From: Bacteroides phage BS162P1
DNA length: 32,000 nucleotides
Reading direction: 5' to 3' (one strand)
Sequence record: OP172706.1
In this document: piece by piece, positions 1 through 9,504 of the stretch
How positions within the stretch are numbered: the first letter of the stretch is position 1
Layout: each line of letters starts with the position of its first letter
Notes under the pieces: model-generated
The model's input: the letters and a program-made list of their open reading frames with translations, nothing else
What the model was told of the DNA's origin: nothing
Databases searched by the model: none
Translations under genes and position numbers: made by a program

Positions 1-1
1 G

Positions 2-454
2 GGAAGTAACGGCACTGGTAAGACACATCTTATGTGCTGTGCGTTTAAAGAACTTATCAGTCGTAAGCAGACGGTACGGGTATTTACCATAGATGAAATC
101 GTAGACCAGTTCACCGCTTCTTGGTATTCCCCCGAACATAAACGGGAGCTTAACCACATGTTACGGACGGTTGATTTTTTGGGAATTGACGAGTTCGGTA
201 AGAATGTCGGTAAAGACGGGGAAGCGATATATCTTCCGGATATGGTGAAACGTATTATGGAGTCAGTTATCCGCTTTCGTGTACAGATGAAACGACCGAT
301 ATGGTTTTCTTCTAACACAGACCCTAAGTTTGTTCGGGAAGTGTTCTCCGAGGACATTGCTTCATTACTTAATGAAGCGGTTATTGACGTATGTGTTCGT
401 GGAGAGGACTATCGGAAAATTGTTCAACGCAATAATAAAAAGAGGTTCTTATGA
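2..454 (+). CDS. DnaC/IstB-like AAA+ helicase loader, C-terminal part (5' end truncated by window)
   Basis: Frame open from base 2 reads GSNGTGKTHLMCCAF (Walker A) followed by 'VDFLGIDEFGKN' (Walker B-like) and 'IWFSSNTD' (sensor I-like). Immediately upstream of the DnaB-like gene, with an ATGA overlap. Confidence 0.8.
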   Translation, partial: GSNGTGKTHLMCCAFKELISRKQTVRVFTIDEIVDQFTASWYSPEHKRELNHMLRTVDFLGIDEFGKNVGKDGEAIYLPDMVKRIMESVIRFRVQMKRPIWFSSNTDPKFVREVFSEDIASLLNEAVIDVCVRGEDYRKIVQRNNKKRFL

Positions 455-1719
455 AAGTAGGCGAACAGTTGTTTGTGTCTTGTTTAAAACGTAAAGACCA
501 TAAGATTCTCTCCGTTGTACAGAAGCAATGGTTGGACGATGATGAAGCCCGACAGTACCGATGTATAATGGAGTATTATCGTGAACATGGTGAGATGATG
601 GGTCTTAGGACGTTCGTTGATAAGTTCGGTTTAGACTCTTCTGGAGCCGATTCCCGACCGGCATATTATCTGAACGCTCTTAAAGAACGCTACATTTTCG
701 CAACGGTGTCGGAGAAAGTACCCAAGATACTAAAGGGTATCAAGTCCGACCCCCGTGGAAGATTGTCGGAGTTCCAGTCCCTTATCGCCATGTTATCGGT
801 GGATGCCGTTGAAAGCAAAGACACTCTTTATTCCGATGATATTGAAACACGTATTGAGGAGTATAAAAAACGTACTGAAAAAATGGGTGTCACTCATTTA
901 AGTATGGGTGCTCCCGATATGGACGCTACGTTTTACGGGTACAGGAAAAATGACTTGATTACTATCGGTGGTAAAGCCGGTGTAGGTAAAAGTTGGCTTA
1001 TGTTATACCTTGCCTTTTTATTGGAAGGTGTAGTGAAGGAACGTTGTGAACTTGGAGAAACGCTTGGTGATATTCTGTTTATCACTAATGAGATGGGTGA
1101 AGATGAAATAAAGGAACGCATTGACTGTTTAAAATTTCATCTTCCCTTTGAAGCTTTTCAAAAAGGTACTCTTACGGAACGTGAAAGAAAACGTTATTTT
1201 CAAGGACTTAAAAAGTTAACCAGTGAGCCGTCAAAGTTGCGTATCGTATATAGCTGCCAAACTATTGACGAGCTTTCCACATACATAGGTCTTTTCCAAC
1301 CGTCCGCTGTATTCATAGACGGTTCCTATCTTATGGAAAGCAGGATGCAAGAGGGGTGGGAGAAAATCGTGTACATCACCCGTAATTTGAAAAGGCTTGC
1401 CAAGAACTTTTCCGTCCCTATTATAAACTCTACGCAGTTAAAGAGGGGTTCTTCCAAGACCGCTTCCAAATATTCACTGGACGGTCAGGATGATTTTGCC
1501 TACTCAAATTCTTACTCTCAGGATTCCGATTTGGCTATCCGTATGTTTCAGGACGCAGATATGAAGTTCCATGATGTAGTAGGATGCGAGGTTGTAAAGG
1601 GAAGACGTGTTAAAGGAAATACTACGTTTGTCTTTCAGAATGACTTGACAAATATGTGCCAATCACTAACATTACCGGCCGATGAATCTTCCTCAACACC
1701 TGTTGTCCCAGATTTGTAA
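451..1719 (+). CDS. dnaB: DnaB-like replicative helicase
   Basis: 422 aa; 'LITIGGKAGVGKSWLMLYLAFLL' (Walker A), 'ILFITNEMGEDEIKERI', 'VFIDGSYLM' and 'IINSTQLKRG' match the DnaB C-terminal domain layout. Confidence 0.85.
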   Translation: MKVGEQLFVSCLKRKDHKILSVVQKQWLDDDEARQYRCIMEYYREHGEMMGLRTFVDKFGLDSSGADSRPAYYLNALKERYIFATVSEKVPKILKGIKSDPRGRLSEFQSLIAMLSVDAVESKDTLYSDDIETRIEEYKKRTEKMGVTHLSMGAPDMDATFYGYRKNDLITIGGKAGVGKSWLMLYLAFLLEGVVKERCELGETLGDILFITNEMGEDEIKERIDCLKFHLPFEAFQKGTLTERERKRYFQGLKKLTSEPSKLRIVYSCQTIDELSTYIGLFQPSAVFIDGSYLMESRMQEGWEKIVYITRNLKRLAKNFSVPIINSTQLKRGSSKTASKYSLDGQDDFAYSNSYSQDSDLAIRMFQDADMKFHDVVGCEVVKGRRVKGNTTFVFQNDLTNMCQSLTLPADESSSTPVVPDL

Positions 1720-1753
1720 CTGGACTTGCATTAGTGGCACTGGTACGATATTC

Positions 1754-2071
1754 ATGCAGGATAGAACATTTCGTGATGTTTCCGTTGTGGGCTATTTCAA
1801 GATGTACCACTGGTGGTTTATTGTTCATAGGGACATAAGCTATCCCGATTGTTATATTGTTTCTGAGGCGAGTACCGGATGCGCAATCATGGAGTACTGC
1901 TATGATACGGTACGGGATGCTGTGGAATCCGCTTTGCCGATAATAAAAGCTAAACGGTATTACTTTTTCACTTCTACAAAAGAGAAACTGACAAAATACC
2001 GTTATAGTTTGCTGAACAGAAATTTAAATATTCAAACTTTGTCAATAGATAGTGCTTTATGGATTTTATAA
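1754..2071 (+). CDS. hypothetical protein (start uncertain, 1754 or 1802)
   Basis: ORF in a co-directional gene array; the start given in the track overlaps dnaB, so an internal ATG is preferred. Confidence 0.45.
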   Translation: MQDRTFRDVSVVGYFKMYHWWFIVHRDISYPDCYIVSEASTGCAIMEYCYDTVRDAVESALPIIKAKRYYFFTSTKEKLTKYRYSLLNRNLNIQTLSIDSALWIL

Positions 2072-2133
2072 ATGAGGAAGGCATCATTGCCGGACATTGT
2101 ACAAAAATTAATTCCGCAAGAACCGGCGGTTGT

Positions 2134-2424
2134 ATGAGTGAACCTTATGTCATTCACTATAATGGCTCATTCGTATATGAGGGGTTTAAGTTTGTCCTTG
2201 GACATAAAAAGAACAGCTCTGAAACTCATTTGTACGAGGTTTCTACCGGGTCTATCGCAGTGTTTAATGAAGAAGTTTCCGGCAGACGCATTGAGAGCTA
2301 TTATAAAAAGCTTCTTGATAAACTTGCCCTACATAAAACCACTATCGGAAAAGTAGTTGCAAGTTATTGTTTTAATGAATTAGATTTACCCTTATGGAAA
2401 AAAACCGTTTTAATTCTTGGCTGA
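2134..2424 (+). CDS. hypothetical protein
   Basis: MSEPYVIHYNGSFVYEGFKFVLG...; start chosen at the internal ATG 2134, after the stop of the upstream ORF. Confidence 0.5.
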   Translation: MSEPYVIHYNGSFVYEGFKFVLGHKKNSSETHLYEVSTGSIAVFNEEVSGRRIESYYKKLLDKLALHKTTIGKVVASYCFNELDLPLWKKTVLILG

Positions 2425-2813
2425 CTAAAATAGGTGCTGTACTGTGTGCAGCCGTTTTGTTTGCCGTGCTTGCTTTGGTCGTTGTATGGTGTATTATCGC
2501 CCCCGTTGTTAATTACGTGCGAACGCCCAGCGAAATAACCGAAATACGCATGTATTTGCGTTTTTTCTTGTTCCTTTTTGCTGTTATGGTATTCGGAGTT
2601 CTACGCTTGTATAATAGTATAGTGAAGAACACGTTGTTTCTCGTAAAACTTAGAGAAACGCTCGCTCCTTTCATACGTGCGTTTCCGGGTATTGAGAAAA
2701 CTGTTCGTACTAATACGAATACCGAGAACTCTTTAAAAGGTGCTCTTGACAGATTATCCTCCTCTATTGAGGAAGCAACCGAAATGCTTTCATCTATTAA
2801 AGATAAGAAATAA
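2394..2813 (+). CDS. small membrane protein with two predicted TM segments and a coiled-coil tail
   Basis: Hydrophobic stretches 'IGAVLCAAVLFAVLALVVVWCIIAPVV' and 'FFLFLFAVMVFGVLRLY'. Confidence 0.6.
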   Translation: MEKNRFNSWLTKIGAVLCAAVLFAVLALVVVWCIIAPVVNYVRTPSEITEIRMYLRFFLFLFAVMVFGVLRLYNSIVKNTLFLVKLRETLAPFIRAFPGIEKTVRTNTNTENSLKGALDRLSSSIEEATEMLSSIKDKK

Positions 2814-3751
2814 TGCCAGTACATCGTTCCAAGCGCTCCCTTATGGATATATTTGCGGATTATTCTCCTAAGCAAATGACGAACGGACAAATTCGTATGG
2901 AGTGTCCGTTCCGTGAGAACCATGAGGACGGTAGTGGACGCATTTCCTTTTTTGTAAGCCCCGATAAGAACGCTTATCATTGCTTTTCTTGCAACGAGCA
3001 TGGAAACCTTGTCAACTTGCTTACTACAAAATTCGAGGTGGGGTACTTTGATGCGATGGAACTCGTTACGATTTCCGATTTCGAGAAAAAGGACTCCCCC
3101 GAATTTGAACTTGATTTAAGCTGGCGGTTAATACCGCCCGAAGACTTTCTTAAACGTGGTTTTAAAAAGGAAACGCTCAAACACTTCCGTATAGGTCTTT
3201 CCGAGGATAACAAGATTATCATTCCGTTTTATCGGGACTTCAAAACTCTTACCGAACTTGTAGGTTATCAGTCAAGAACCAACTATCCTACACGTGTGGT
3301 TCGGAACAGTAAGAATTTCAAAAAGTCTGAGTACTTATATAACTTGGACTTCTCTTATGATTACGTAATAGTCGTAGAGGGTTATTCCGATGTTATGCGG
3401 TTGTACCAGCATGGCTACAATGCGACCGCTTTGCTCGGAGCTGACATGAGTTCGTGGCAGGCTTCCCAAGTTGCCAAGTTTCCGAAAGTATATCTGGCTC
3501 TTGATAATGATAATACAGGTAGACGTGCTACGGAGATTTGCTATCACCAGTTGAAGAATGAAACCGAGGTTTTGTTAGTTCCTTATACAAGTAAAGACCC
3601 TGGCGAGTGTATTTCTCCGAAAGTTTGGGGGAGATTCTTCCACAGTAGTACGGACTATGTTGAATATTCAATGGAAATGGCTATCGGTTGGGATGATTAT
3701 CTTGACATGAAAGATAAAGTGTTACGTGAATTAAAAAATAGAAAAGAATGA
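2813..3751 (+). CDS. dnaG: DnaG-like DNA primase (CHC2-type zinc finger + Toprim)
   Basis: Zinc finger 'CPFRENHEDGSGRISFFVSPDKNAYHCFSC'; Toprim 'VVIVEGYSDVMRLYQHGYNATALLG' and 'VYLALDNDNTGRRA'. Confidence 0.88.
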   Translation: MPVHRSKRSLMDIFADYSPKQMTNGQIRMECPFRENHEDGSGRISFFVSPDKNAYHCFSCNEHGNLVNLLTTKFEVGYFDAMELVTISDFEKKDSPEFELDLSWRLIPPEDFLKRGFKKETLKHFRIGLSEDNKIIIPFYRDFKTLTELVGYQSRTNYPTRVVRNSKNFKKSEYLYNLDFSYDYVIVVEGYSDVMRLYQHGYNATALLGADMSSWQASQVAKFPKVYLALDNDNTGRRATEICYHQLKNETEVLLVPYTSKDPGECISPKVWGRFFHSSTDYVEYSMEMAIGWDDYLDMKDKVLRELKNRKE

Positions 3752-4341
3752 GATTTATATACGGTTGGAATGGTCTTGCTCCAGATAAACATATCGTTAT
3801 AATAAGAGGACTTGATTCGGATTCCTTTTCTTTCTTCACTTCTTTCGTGAAAAGGTACCCTACTATCGGGTTGTTTCTTACCAATGATATAGGAGAGGAA
3901 CGTAATGATGCTTGTTCACCTTTCATAGATGAATCTGTTGCGTCTTCTATACATACATTTCTTATTCGGGAACGACCGGATGATACTTCTGACGCAGACC
4001 TCATAAAATTGGTTTTGGAGGATTTTCCTCCTTACAATGAAGACGAAGACCCTATTGTAGAAGAGTATTCGTATAAAGACTTTTTAAGTTCAGTGTATGA
4101 TATGGCAGAACCAAGAGGTTTCGCAAGTCCCGAAAACTTTCGAGCAAGGTATCTTGTAAACCGTGAGATGCTCTCCCGTATTCCTGTTGAGGAGAACAAA
4201 GAAAGGCTTCTTAGACAGTTTGTTTCTGACTTTTCCAAGACTATTATTGAAAACGCAGAAAAATATATCCGAACGGATATTTCGTATGATGATTGGGGTA
4301 CAATGGAAGTTAGTTTTACTCTCAGCATAGTTCCGAAATAG
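3748..4341 (+). CDS. hypothetical protein
   Basis: 197 aa ORF with an ATGA overlap with the primase gene; no family recognised. Confidence 0.65.
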   Translation: MRFIYGWNGLAPDKHIVIIRGLDSDSFSFFTSFVKRYPTIGLFLTNDIGEERNDACSPFIDESVASSIHTFLIRERPDDTSDADLIKLVLEDFPPYNEDEDPIVEEYSYKDFLSSVYDMAEPRGFASPENFRARYLVNREMLSRIPVEENKERLLRQFVSDFSKTIIENAEKYIRTDISYDDWGTMEVSFTLSIVPK

Positions 4342-4344
4342 ACA

Positions 4345-4376
4345 TTTGGAAGTTATCTATTATTTTTGTATATTTA
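4345..4376 (+). promoter_or_regulatory. Bacteroidales-type promoter upstream of ssb: TTTG-N20-TATATTTA
   Basis: Matches the TTTG / TAnnTTTG architecture except the last base of the -7 box; about 40 nt upstream of ATG 4417. Confidence 0.5.
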
Positions 4377-4416
4377 AGTGTATTAGAAAACACATAGTGT
4401 TTAACCGTCCAATACA

Positions 4417-5115
4417 ATGGACTTAAAAATTAGTATTATGCCAGTAAGAGAAAGTGGTCGTCGTAGACGACATGACGAGGATGAACCTCGCAGTGCTCGT
4501 AAAAAAGAGCGTAAACAAGGTTGGGGTGCAGTTGCACAACGCCAAGCGGAAGTTGCTGAAAACAGAGAAAAAAGTGAAAACGCTGTTCGTGACTTCTGGC
4601 TTAAACCGGGTGAAACCGCTATTATCCAGTTCTTACAAGACGAACCGTATTGCTACAATGCGCACAGCGTAAAGGACAAACGTGGTAACTGGACTACAAT
4701 TCCTTGTCAGTTGGATACCAGCCGTCATTGTGTACTCTGTTCCGAGGGTTCCAAACAAATTTGGCGTGCTGCGTTTAAGTTACTCGATTATCGTGGTAGC
4801 TGGGATTCTGAAAAGAAGAAGTTCAAACACGACAAGCCGGTCGAAAAGATTTGGAGAGTTGGTACTACTATCGCCCAACAGTTGAAACAGATTGTCGATA
4901 AAAAAGGTAAGGAACTTACTGAACTCGTTCTTGAAGTTACCCGTACCGGCGAGGGGAAAGACGCAACGTACAATTTTGAGATGGCTTTTGACGATGATGA
5001 TAGACGTATGCGTCCGAAAGATTGGGAAGAAATGCTCCCGTCCGCAGAGGAAATTTGCCAACCGCCAACGGATGATGAACTTGACGAGATGGGTGTTTCC
5101 GTAAGCGATGATTGA
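4417..5115 (+). CDS. single-stranded DNA-binding protein, gp32-like with Zn-binding motif
   Basis: 'TTIPCQLDTSRHCVLCSEGSKQ' Cys/His cluster, 'FWLKPGETAIIQFLQD' OB-type segment, acidic C-terminal tail (DDELDEMGVSVSDD). Confidence 0.75.
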   Translation: MDLKISIMPVRESGRRRRHDEDEPRSARKKERKQGWGAVAQRQAEVAENREKSENAVRDFWLKPGETAIIQFLQDEPYCYNAHSVKDKRGNWTTIPCQLDTSRHCVLCSEGSKQIWRAAFKLLDYRGSWDSEKKKFKHDKPVEKIWRVGTTIAQQLKQIVDKKGKELTELVLEVTRTGEGKDATYNFEMAFDDDDRRMRPKDWEEMLPSAEEICQPPTDDELDEMGVSVSDD

Positions 5116-5135
5116 TAGTTTTTATTTATAAATGT

Positions 5136-5169
5136 ATAGGGTGGTAGTTTTAATAGGCTGTCACCCTAT
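5136..5169 (+). promoter_or_regulatory. hairpin between ssb and polA (possible terminator or leader structure)
   Basis: ATAGGGTG (5136-5143) and CACCCTAT (5162-5169) are a perfect 8-bp inverted repeat; inner bases extend it with GU and WC pairs to about 14 bp around a short loop. No strong T-tract follows. Confidence 0.5.
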
Positions 5170-5182
5170 CTAAATTTGTACT

Positions 5183-7048
5183 ATGAAGGAATTAAAAACC
5201 CCGTCTTGTACGGTTGGACTTGTACAGAGTCTTAGTGAACTAAAGGATTACTTGTATTCATGTGAAGATAACAGTATTCTTACAAAAGACTGGGAAACTA
5301 CCGGACTTGATTTTGATGCGGTTCCTTTAGGTCTCTCCTTGCACCAACGAGGGAGAAACCCGATATTCGTACCGATAGATTTTCATTTTAGTAAGGGGTT
5401 CCCCATGAAAGAAGTTGCCGAGATATGCAACGAACAGTTTCCCCGTTTTAGACTTATAGCGCATAACGCCAAATATGATAGTATGATAAGCGTTATGAAT
5501 GGTATCAAAGACGAGTGTTTCTCTTTCTATGTGGATACCTTGCAGATGATTCATCTGTATAACCCGAATTTAGCTATGAAACTGGAAGATAGAGTACTTG
5601 CTGATTTCGGTTATGCGAAAAAGGATTTTAAGGAGATAAGTGGTAAACCGTGGAACCGTATTAATTGGAGTTTGGACGGTGACGAACTTCTTGAACTTCT
5701 TGCCGGATATGCTGGTGAGGATACTTATTGGGAAACAAAACTGTATTACAAGTATATGCCCCTTTTGGATGAACACGCTAAACGGTTACTTTTCGAGGTT
5801 GAGATGCCCATGATTAACATCCTTAGGGATGCGAAAATCAGAGGTGTTCTTATCAATAAGGATTTGCTTCTTGATTTCGATAAACATGTAGACAGTGCGT
5901 TATCTGAATGTCTGGATTCTATCTATGAGGAATGTGGTTGCGTGTTCAATCTCAATTCCGCCCCGCAAAAGCAGAAAGTGTTTTTCGACCAGATGAAACT
6001 TCCCGTTATAAAAACCACTAAAAAAGGGGGTAGAAGTACTGATGCCGGAACGTATGAGGAGTGGGCTAATATGGGATATTCGGTCGGTGAGGCTTTATTG
6101 GATTATTCCGAATTACAAAAGCTCATTACTGGTTATATCCGAGCCATTCCACCACAGTTGGACTCTCATAACGTTCTTCGTGGTGACTTGAATAGTGCGG
6201 GAACTAAAACCGGACGTATGTCGAGTAGTGGGCCTAATTTACAGAACATGCCCAATAATCATAACTTTCCAGTACGGGCAGCTTTTATTCCGAGACCGGG
6301 TTATGTGTTCGTTAATTACGATTACTCGCAATTGGAACTTCGTGTAATGGCTCATGTAAGCCATGATAAACACTTTATGGATATTTTTCTTCATGGTGGC
6401 GACCCTCATGGCGATGTTGCAAAACGTTGTGGTATTACTCGAAAACAGGCAAAAGTTATGAATTTTGGCGTGTTGTACGGCATGGGAGTTGGTAAGTATG
6501 TAAATACGTTTAAAGTGTCCAAAGAGCGTGCCCGTCAGATGATTGATGATTATCATAAAGTGTATAGTGGATTTGCCAAATGGAAAGAGAGTACCGAAAC
6601 ATTCGCCAAACGAAACGGATACGTTCGTACTATCTTTGGACGTATCCGTCAGTTGCCCGAAGCCTCTAAAGACCCGTTTCATCGGGATGATGCGGCTTAT
6701 TTCGGTGCACTCCGACAAGCAGTTAACACTGTTATACAAGGAAGCGGTGCCGACATTGTGAAAAAAGCCACTATTGCTATGTGCCGTAAATTTAAAGAAC
6801 GTAATTTGGACGCTCATTTTCTGTTACAGGTGCATGATGAAGTTCTCATTGAAGCACGTATAGACCAGATGTTTGAAGTTGAACGCATTGTCATTGACTG
6901 TATGGAAAACACTGTTAAACTTGACGTTCCTTTGCTTGCGGATGGTAAGATACTTGCTAATTGGGGAGAGATGAAAGACGATGATGTGGTATCATTACCA
7001 TATAGATTTGATTATTCAATTTATTCTTCATTATTTAATATTGCATAG
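5183..7048 (+). CDS. polA: DNA polymerase, family A, with 3'-5' exonuclease domain
   Basis: Exo motifs 'DWETTGLD', 'LIAHNAKYD', 'YAGEDTYWE'; Pol motif A 'VNYDYSQLELRVMAHVS', motif B 'RKQAKVMNFGVLYGMG', motif C 'LLQVHDEVLIE'. Confidence 0.95.
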   Translation: MKELKTPSCTVGLVQSLSELKDYLYSCEDNSILTKDWETTGLDFDAVPLGLSLHQRGRNPIFVPIDFHFSKGFPMKEVAEICNEQFPRFRLIAHNAKYDSMISVMNGIKDECFSFYVDTLQMIHLYNPNLAMKLEDRVLADFGYAKKDFKEISGKPWNRINWSLDGDELLELLAGYAGEDTYWETKLYYKYMPLLDEHAKRLLFEVEMPMINILRDAKIRGVLINKDLLLDFDKHVDSALSECLDSIYEECGCVFNLNSAPQKQKVFFDQMKLPVIKTTKKGGRSTDAGTYEEWANMGYSVGEALLDYSELQKLITGYIRAIPPQLDSHNVLRGDLNSAGTKTGRMSSSGPNLQNMPNNHNFPVRAAFIPRPGYVFVNYDYSQLELRVMAHVSHDKHFMDIFLHGGDPHGDVAKRCGITRKQAKVMNFGVLYGMGVGKYVNTFKVSKERARQMIDDYHKVYSGFAKWKESTETFAKRNGYVRTIFGRIRQLPEASKDPFHRDDAAYFGALRQAVNTVIQGSGADIVKKATIAMCRKFKERNLDAHFLLQVHDEVLIEARIDQMFEVERIVIDCMENTVKLDVPLLADGKILANWGEMKDDDVVSLPYRFDYSIYSSLFNIA

Positions 7049-7050
7049 CT

Positions 7051-8178
7051 ATGCCGAAGAAATCTTTGTCCTCGTTGAATGAGGTTATCAATCGTTTTAA
7101 TAAGACAATGGGAGATGGTGTTATACATACAGCTTCCACTTTGCCTAATTGTCGCAAGATACTTAGTTCCGTTCCCGCTTATAATTATATCAGCTTCGGT
7201 GGATTTCCTATCGGACGTGTTATTGAACACTACGGAGAAAACGGTTCCTTGAAAAGCTATCTTTCGTATGATGCCATAGCCCAGTTCCAGCATTATGATT
7301 GGGCTAACCATGAACAAGGTGCTTTTACGAAATTCACTTATTCGGGTGAAGGTGACGTAAGGGAACTTGAGGGATACGAATTACGAAAAGGGTATAAACC
7401 TAAAAAAGACCCTATCGCAAGACGTGTCGCCCTTGTTGATTTGGAAGCTACCTATACTCCCGATTGGGGAGAGAAATTCGGAATAGACAATGAGGGTCTT
7501 ATTCTGATTCGACCTACCATGCTAACTGAAAGTGTGGATGTGGTACAAGCGTTACTTGCCGAGGAAGATATTAGCTTGGTAGTATTTGACAGTCTTTCGG
7601 CCGTTGGTACGGATGATGAAGTTGACAAATCAATGGAAGACCAACAAATGGCTTCTGGCGCACGTTTTTGGAACAAGGCTTTCCGAAAGTTCCAAGCCTC
7701 TCTAAACGCTTCCCCACATGGTGAGGCTACCTTGCTCGTTATTAATTCCGCTTATCAGAAAACTGGTATTGCCTATGGCGACCCAGAAGTTATCAGAAAC
7801 GGAGAACAGTTGAAACGTACCAAAACATTATCCGTACGTTTTAAGGCACTCAAGAAGATACAGGGTAAGACTGACGAGGGGGACGTAACGGTCGGTAGGA
7901 ACATTACGATTGAGTGTATGAAGAATAAAGTGGGAAATCCCGGACGTACCGCAAATTTCTTCTACGCATATACAGATTACGGAAATGTTCCTCGTAATAA
8001 GACTGACGTTGCCGGACAAATCGTTGACCTCGGACTTCGGTTCGGTTTGGTTGAACGGAAAGGAGCGTGGTATATCTATGGTGATACACGTGTACAAGGA
8101 ATGGACGGTTTCGTTGATGCACTTACGAAAAACGGTGAATTGAAAGAACTTGAAAAGGACGTTTATGATGAAATGTAA
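7051..8178 (+). CDS. RecA/UvsX-like recombinase
   Basis: 'FGGFPIGRVIEHYGENGSLKS' (P-loop region), 'RRVALVDLEATYTPDW', 'ISLVVFDSLSAVG', 'ATLLVINSAYQKTG' match RecA-fold landmarks. Confidence 0.8.
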   Translation: MPKKSLSSLNEVINRFNKTMGDGVIHTASTLPNCRKILSSVPAYNYISFGGFPIGRVIEHYGENGSLKSYLSYDAIAQFQHYDWANHEQGAFTKFTYSGEGDVRELEGYELRKGYKPKKDPIARRVALVDLEATYTPDWGEKFGIDNEGLILIRPTMLTESVDVVQALLAEEDISLVVFDSLSAVGTDDEVDKSMEDQQMASGARFWNKAFRKFQASLNASPHGEATLLVINSAYQKTGIAYGDPEVIRNGEQLKRTKTLSVRFKALKKIQGKTDEGDVTVGRNITIECMKNKVGNPGRTANFFYAYTDYGNVPRNKTDVAGQIVDLGLRFGLVERKGAWYIYGDTRVQGMDGFVDALTKNGELKELEKDVYDEM

Positions 8179-8180
8179 CG

Positions 8181-8447
8181 ATGAAGAAAATTGAGATTGC
8201 CGAGGATGATTTTAAGAAGATTATCCTCATGCTTAAATTAAGCAAGAAATCAATGAACATTGACCCGAAGGATTTACTGTTAGGAAATCTTTGGCGTGTT
8301 GCACCTAAGTTGGCGGATAAGTTATTACGTACTGCCGGCTACGCTATCGTAGAAAACAAAGGACGTATTTCCGTAAAACCAGTTAATACTACCGAAACAC
8401 CTAAAGAGGAGAAACCGGCTCCCCGTTGTAGGAAACGTACTCGGTAG
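8181..8447 (+). CDS. hypothetical protein
   Basis: 88 aa ORF immediately downstream of the recombinase; basic C-terminus. Confidence 0.55.
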   Translation: MKKIEIAEDDFKKIILMLKLSKKSMNIDPKDLLLGNLWRVAPKLADKLLRTAGYAIVENKGRISVKPVNTTETPKEEKPAPRCRKRTR

Positions 8448-8500
8448 ATTTTCAGAGTCCTCGGTTTTTTGAATTTTTTCCGAGGACTCTTTTACTTACT

Positions 8501-8899
8501 ATGCGTATGGATACAATATTATTACTAACAAGTTTGCAGGAAACCTTGTTTCCTCAGACAATGTACATCAATCAGTTCGGAGTGTTTCTTCACGCTTTCC
8601 ATATTAGCTTTGCGTGCCCTAAAGCAAAGTTAAAAATCGAACTGGGTTCTTTAAACGGTATATGGGGAAGTACTCCCACAGCGTTTTCTACTCATTGTGG
8701 TTTTGGAAAACCCCTTACCCGTGAGAATTTTAAGTACCCAAATATAACCGAGGCGGTAAGAAGTTCCGTTATTGAGGCAGTTGACTACTTTTATTCTGCA
8801 TCTGTTCCCAATAGCTTGATGAAGGAATTTAAAAAGTGGGAAGCACTTTCCGATGAAGAAAAACTTAAAACGTTATGCCAAAGAAATTCGCTTATATAG
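8501..8899 (+). CDS. hypothetical protein
   Basis: 132 aa co-directional ORF. Confidence 0.55.
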   Translation: MRMDTILLLTSLQETLFPQTMYINQFGVFLHAFHISFACPKAKLKIELGSLNGIWGSTPTAFSTHCGFGKPLTRENFKYPNITEAVRSSVIEAVDYFYSASVPNSLMKEFKKWEALSDEEKLKTLCQRNSLI

Positions 8900-9231
8900 A
8901 CCGTCTTTTTGAAAAGGAGACTACTCGTGCCCGTTCTAAAAAACAGGAGAGCCGTATTGCACGTGAATTAAAAGGACACACCTCTATAAATTCGGGAGCT
9001 ACATTCGGACAAAATGATGTGATTACCGATTTTTGTGAAGTTGAAGCCAAAACCACCGAAAAGGAGTCTTTCTCTTTAACTCTTGCCGATTGGAGAAAAC
9101 TAAAAAAGAAATGCAAGGGTTCCAAGATGCCTATACTGGTCGTTGACTTTGAAAAAAGCACCGATAGTCTGGCGGTTCTTACCTATGACGATTTACTCTT
9201 TCTCATTGAAAAGGCCAATAAAGAGGACTGA
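8875..9231 (+). CDS. PD-(D/E)XK fold nuclease, Holliday-junction-resolvase-like
   Basis: 'KKQESRIARELKGHTSINSGATFGQNDVITDFCEVEAKTTEKESFSLTLADWRKL...MPILVVDFEK': E...SGA.xGxxDV...vExKtT pattern. Confidence 0.65.
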   Translation: MPKKFAYIDRLFEKETTRARSKKQESRIARELKGHTSINSGATFGQNDVITDFCEVEAKTTEKESFSLTLADWRKLKKKCKGSKMPILVVDFEKSTDSLAVLTYDDLLFLIEKANKED

Positions 9232-9239
9232 CCGGACGG

Positions 9240-9271
9240 TTTGGAGTTTATCTTGTAAATGTGTATCTTTA
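9240..9271 (+). promoter_or_regulatory. Bacteroidales-type promoter: TTTG-N20-TATCTTTA
   Basis: TTTG 9240-9243 and TATCTTTA 9264-9271, immediately upstream of ATG 9276. Confidence 0.5.
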
Positions 9272-9275
9272 TAGT

Positions 9276-9479
9276 ATGAAACGAACAAGTTACAAACCTT
9301 TCCGCATCATTGACGGATACCTAATTAAACCACAGCAAGGCGGTTACTATAAAATAGTTGAATATTCAAGTATGAGTAATGGACAGAGTTCTAAGAAACG
9401 AACGGTCGCAAAAAACTTGGACTTATCTACTGCCGAAGCAGAACTTTATAAACTGGAGAAACAAAATAAGAAACCATAA
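9276..9479 (+). CDS. hypothetical protein
   Basis: MKRTSYKPFRIIDGYLIKPQQGGYYKIVEYSSM...; preferred ATG start at 9276 (the track starts at GTG 9261). Confidence 0.6.
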   Translation: MKRTSYKPFRIIDGYLIKPQQGGYYKIVEYSSMSNGQSSKKRTVAKNLDLSTAEAELYKLEKQNKKP

Positions 9480-9504
9480 ATAAACACTAATTAAAAATCC
9501 CACA

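Noticed and set aside
2513-3001. 162-aa minus-strand ORF
   Set aside because: Fully antisense to the membrane protein and primase genes with strong motifs on the + strand; treated as a shadow ORF.
4321-4369. Alternative promoter reading using TATTTTTG at 4361-4368
   Set aside because: Spacing to the upstream TTTG is only 12 nt; the overlapping TATATTTA box with a 20-nt spacer is the better fit.
6239-6817. 192-aa minus-strand ORF
   Set aside because: Lies antisense to the conserved polymerase domain motifs A-C; composition reflects the opposite strand.
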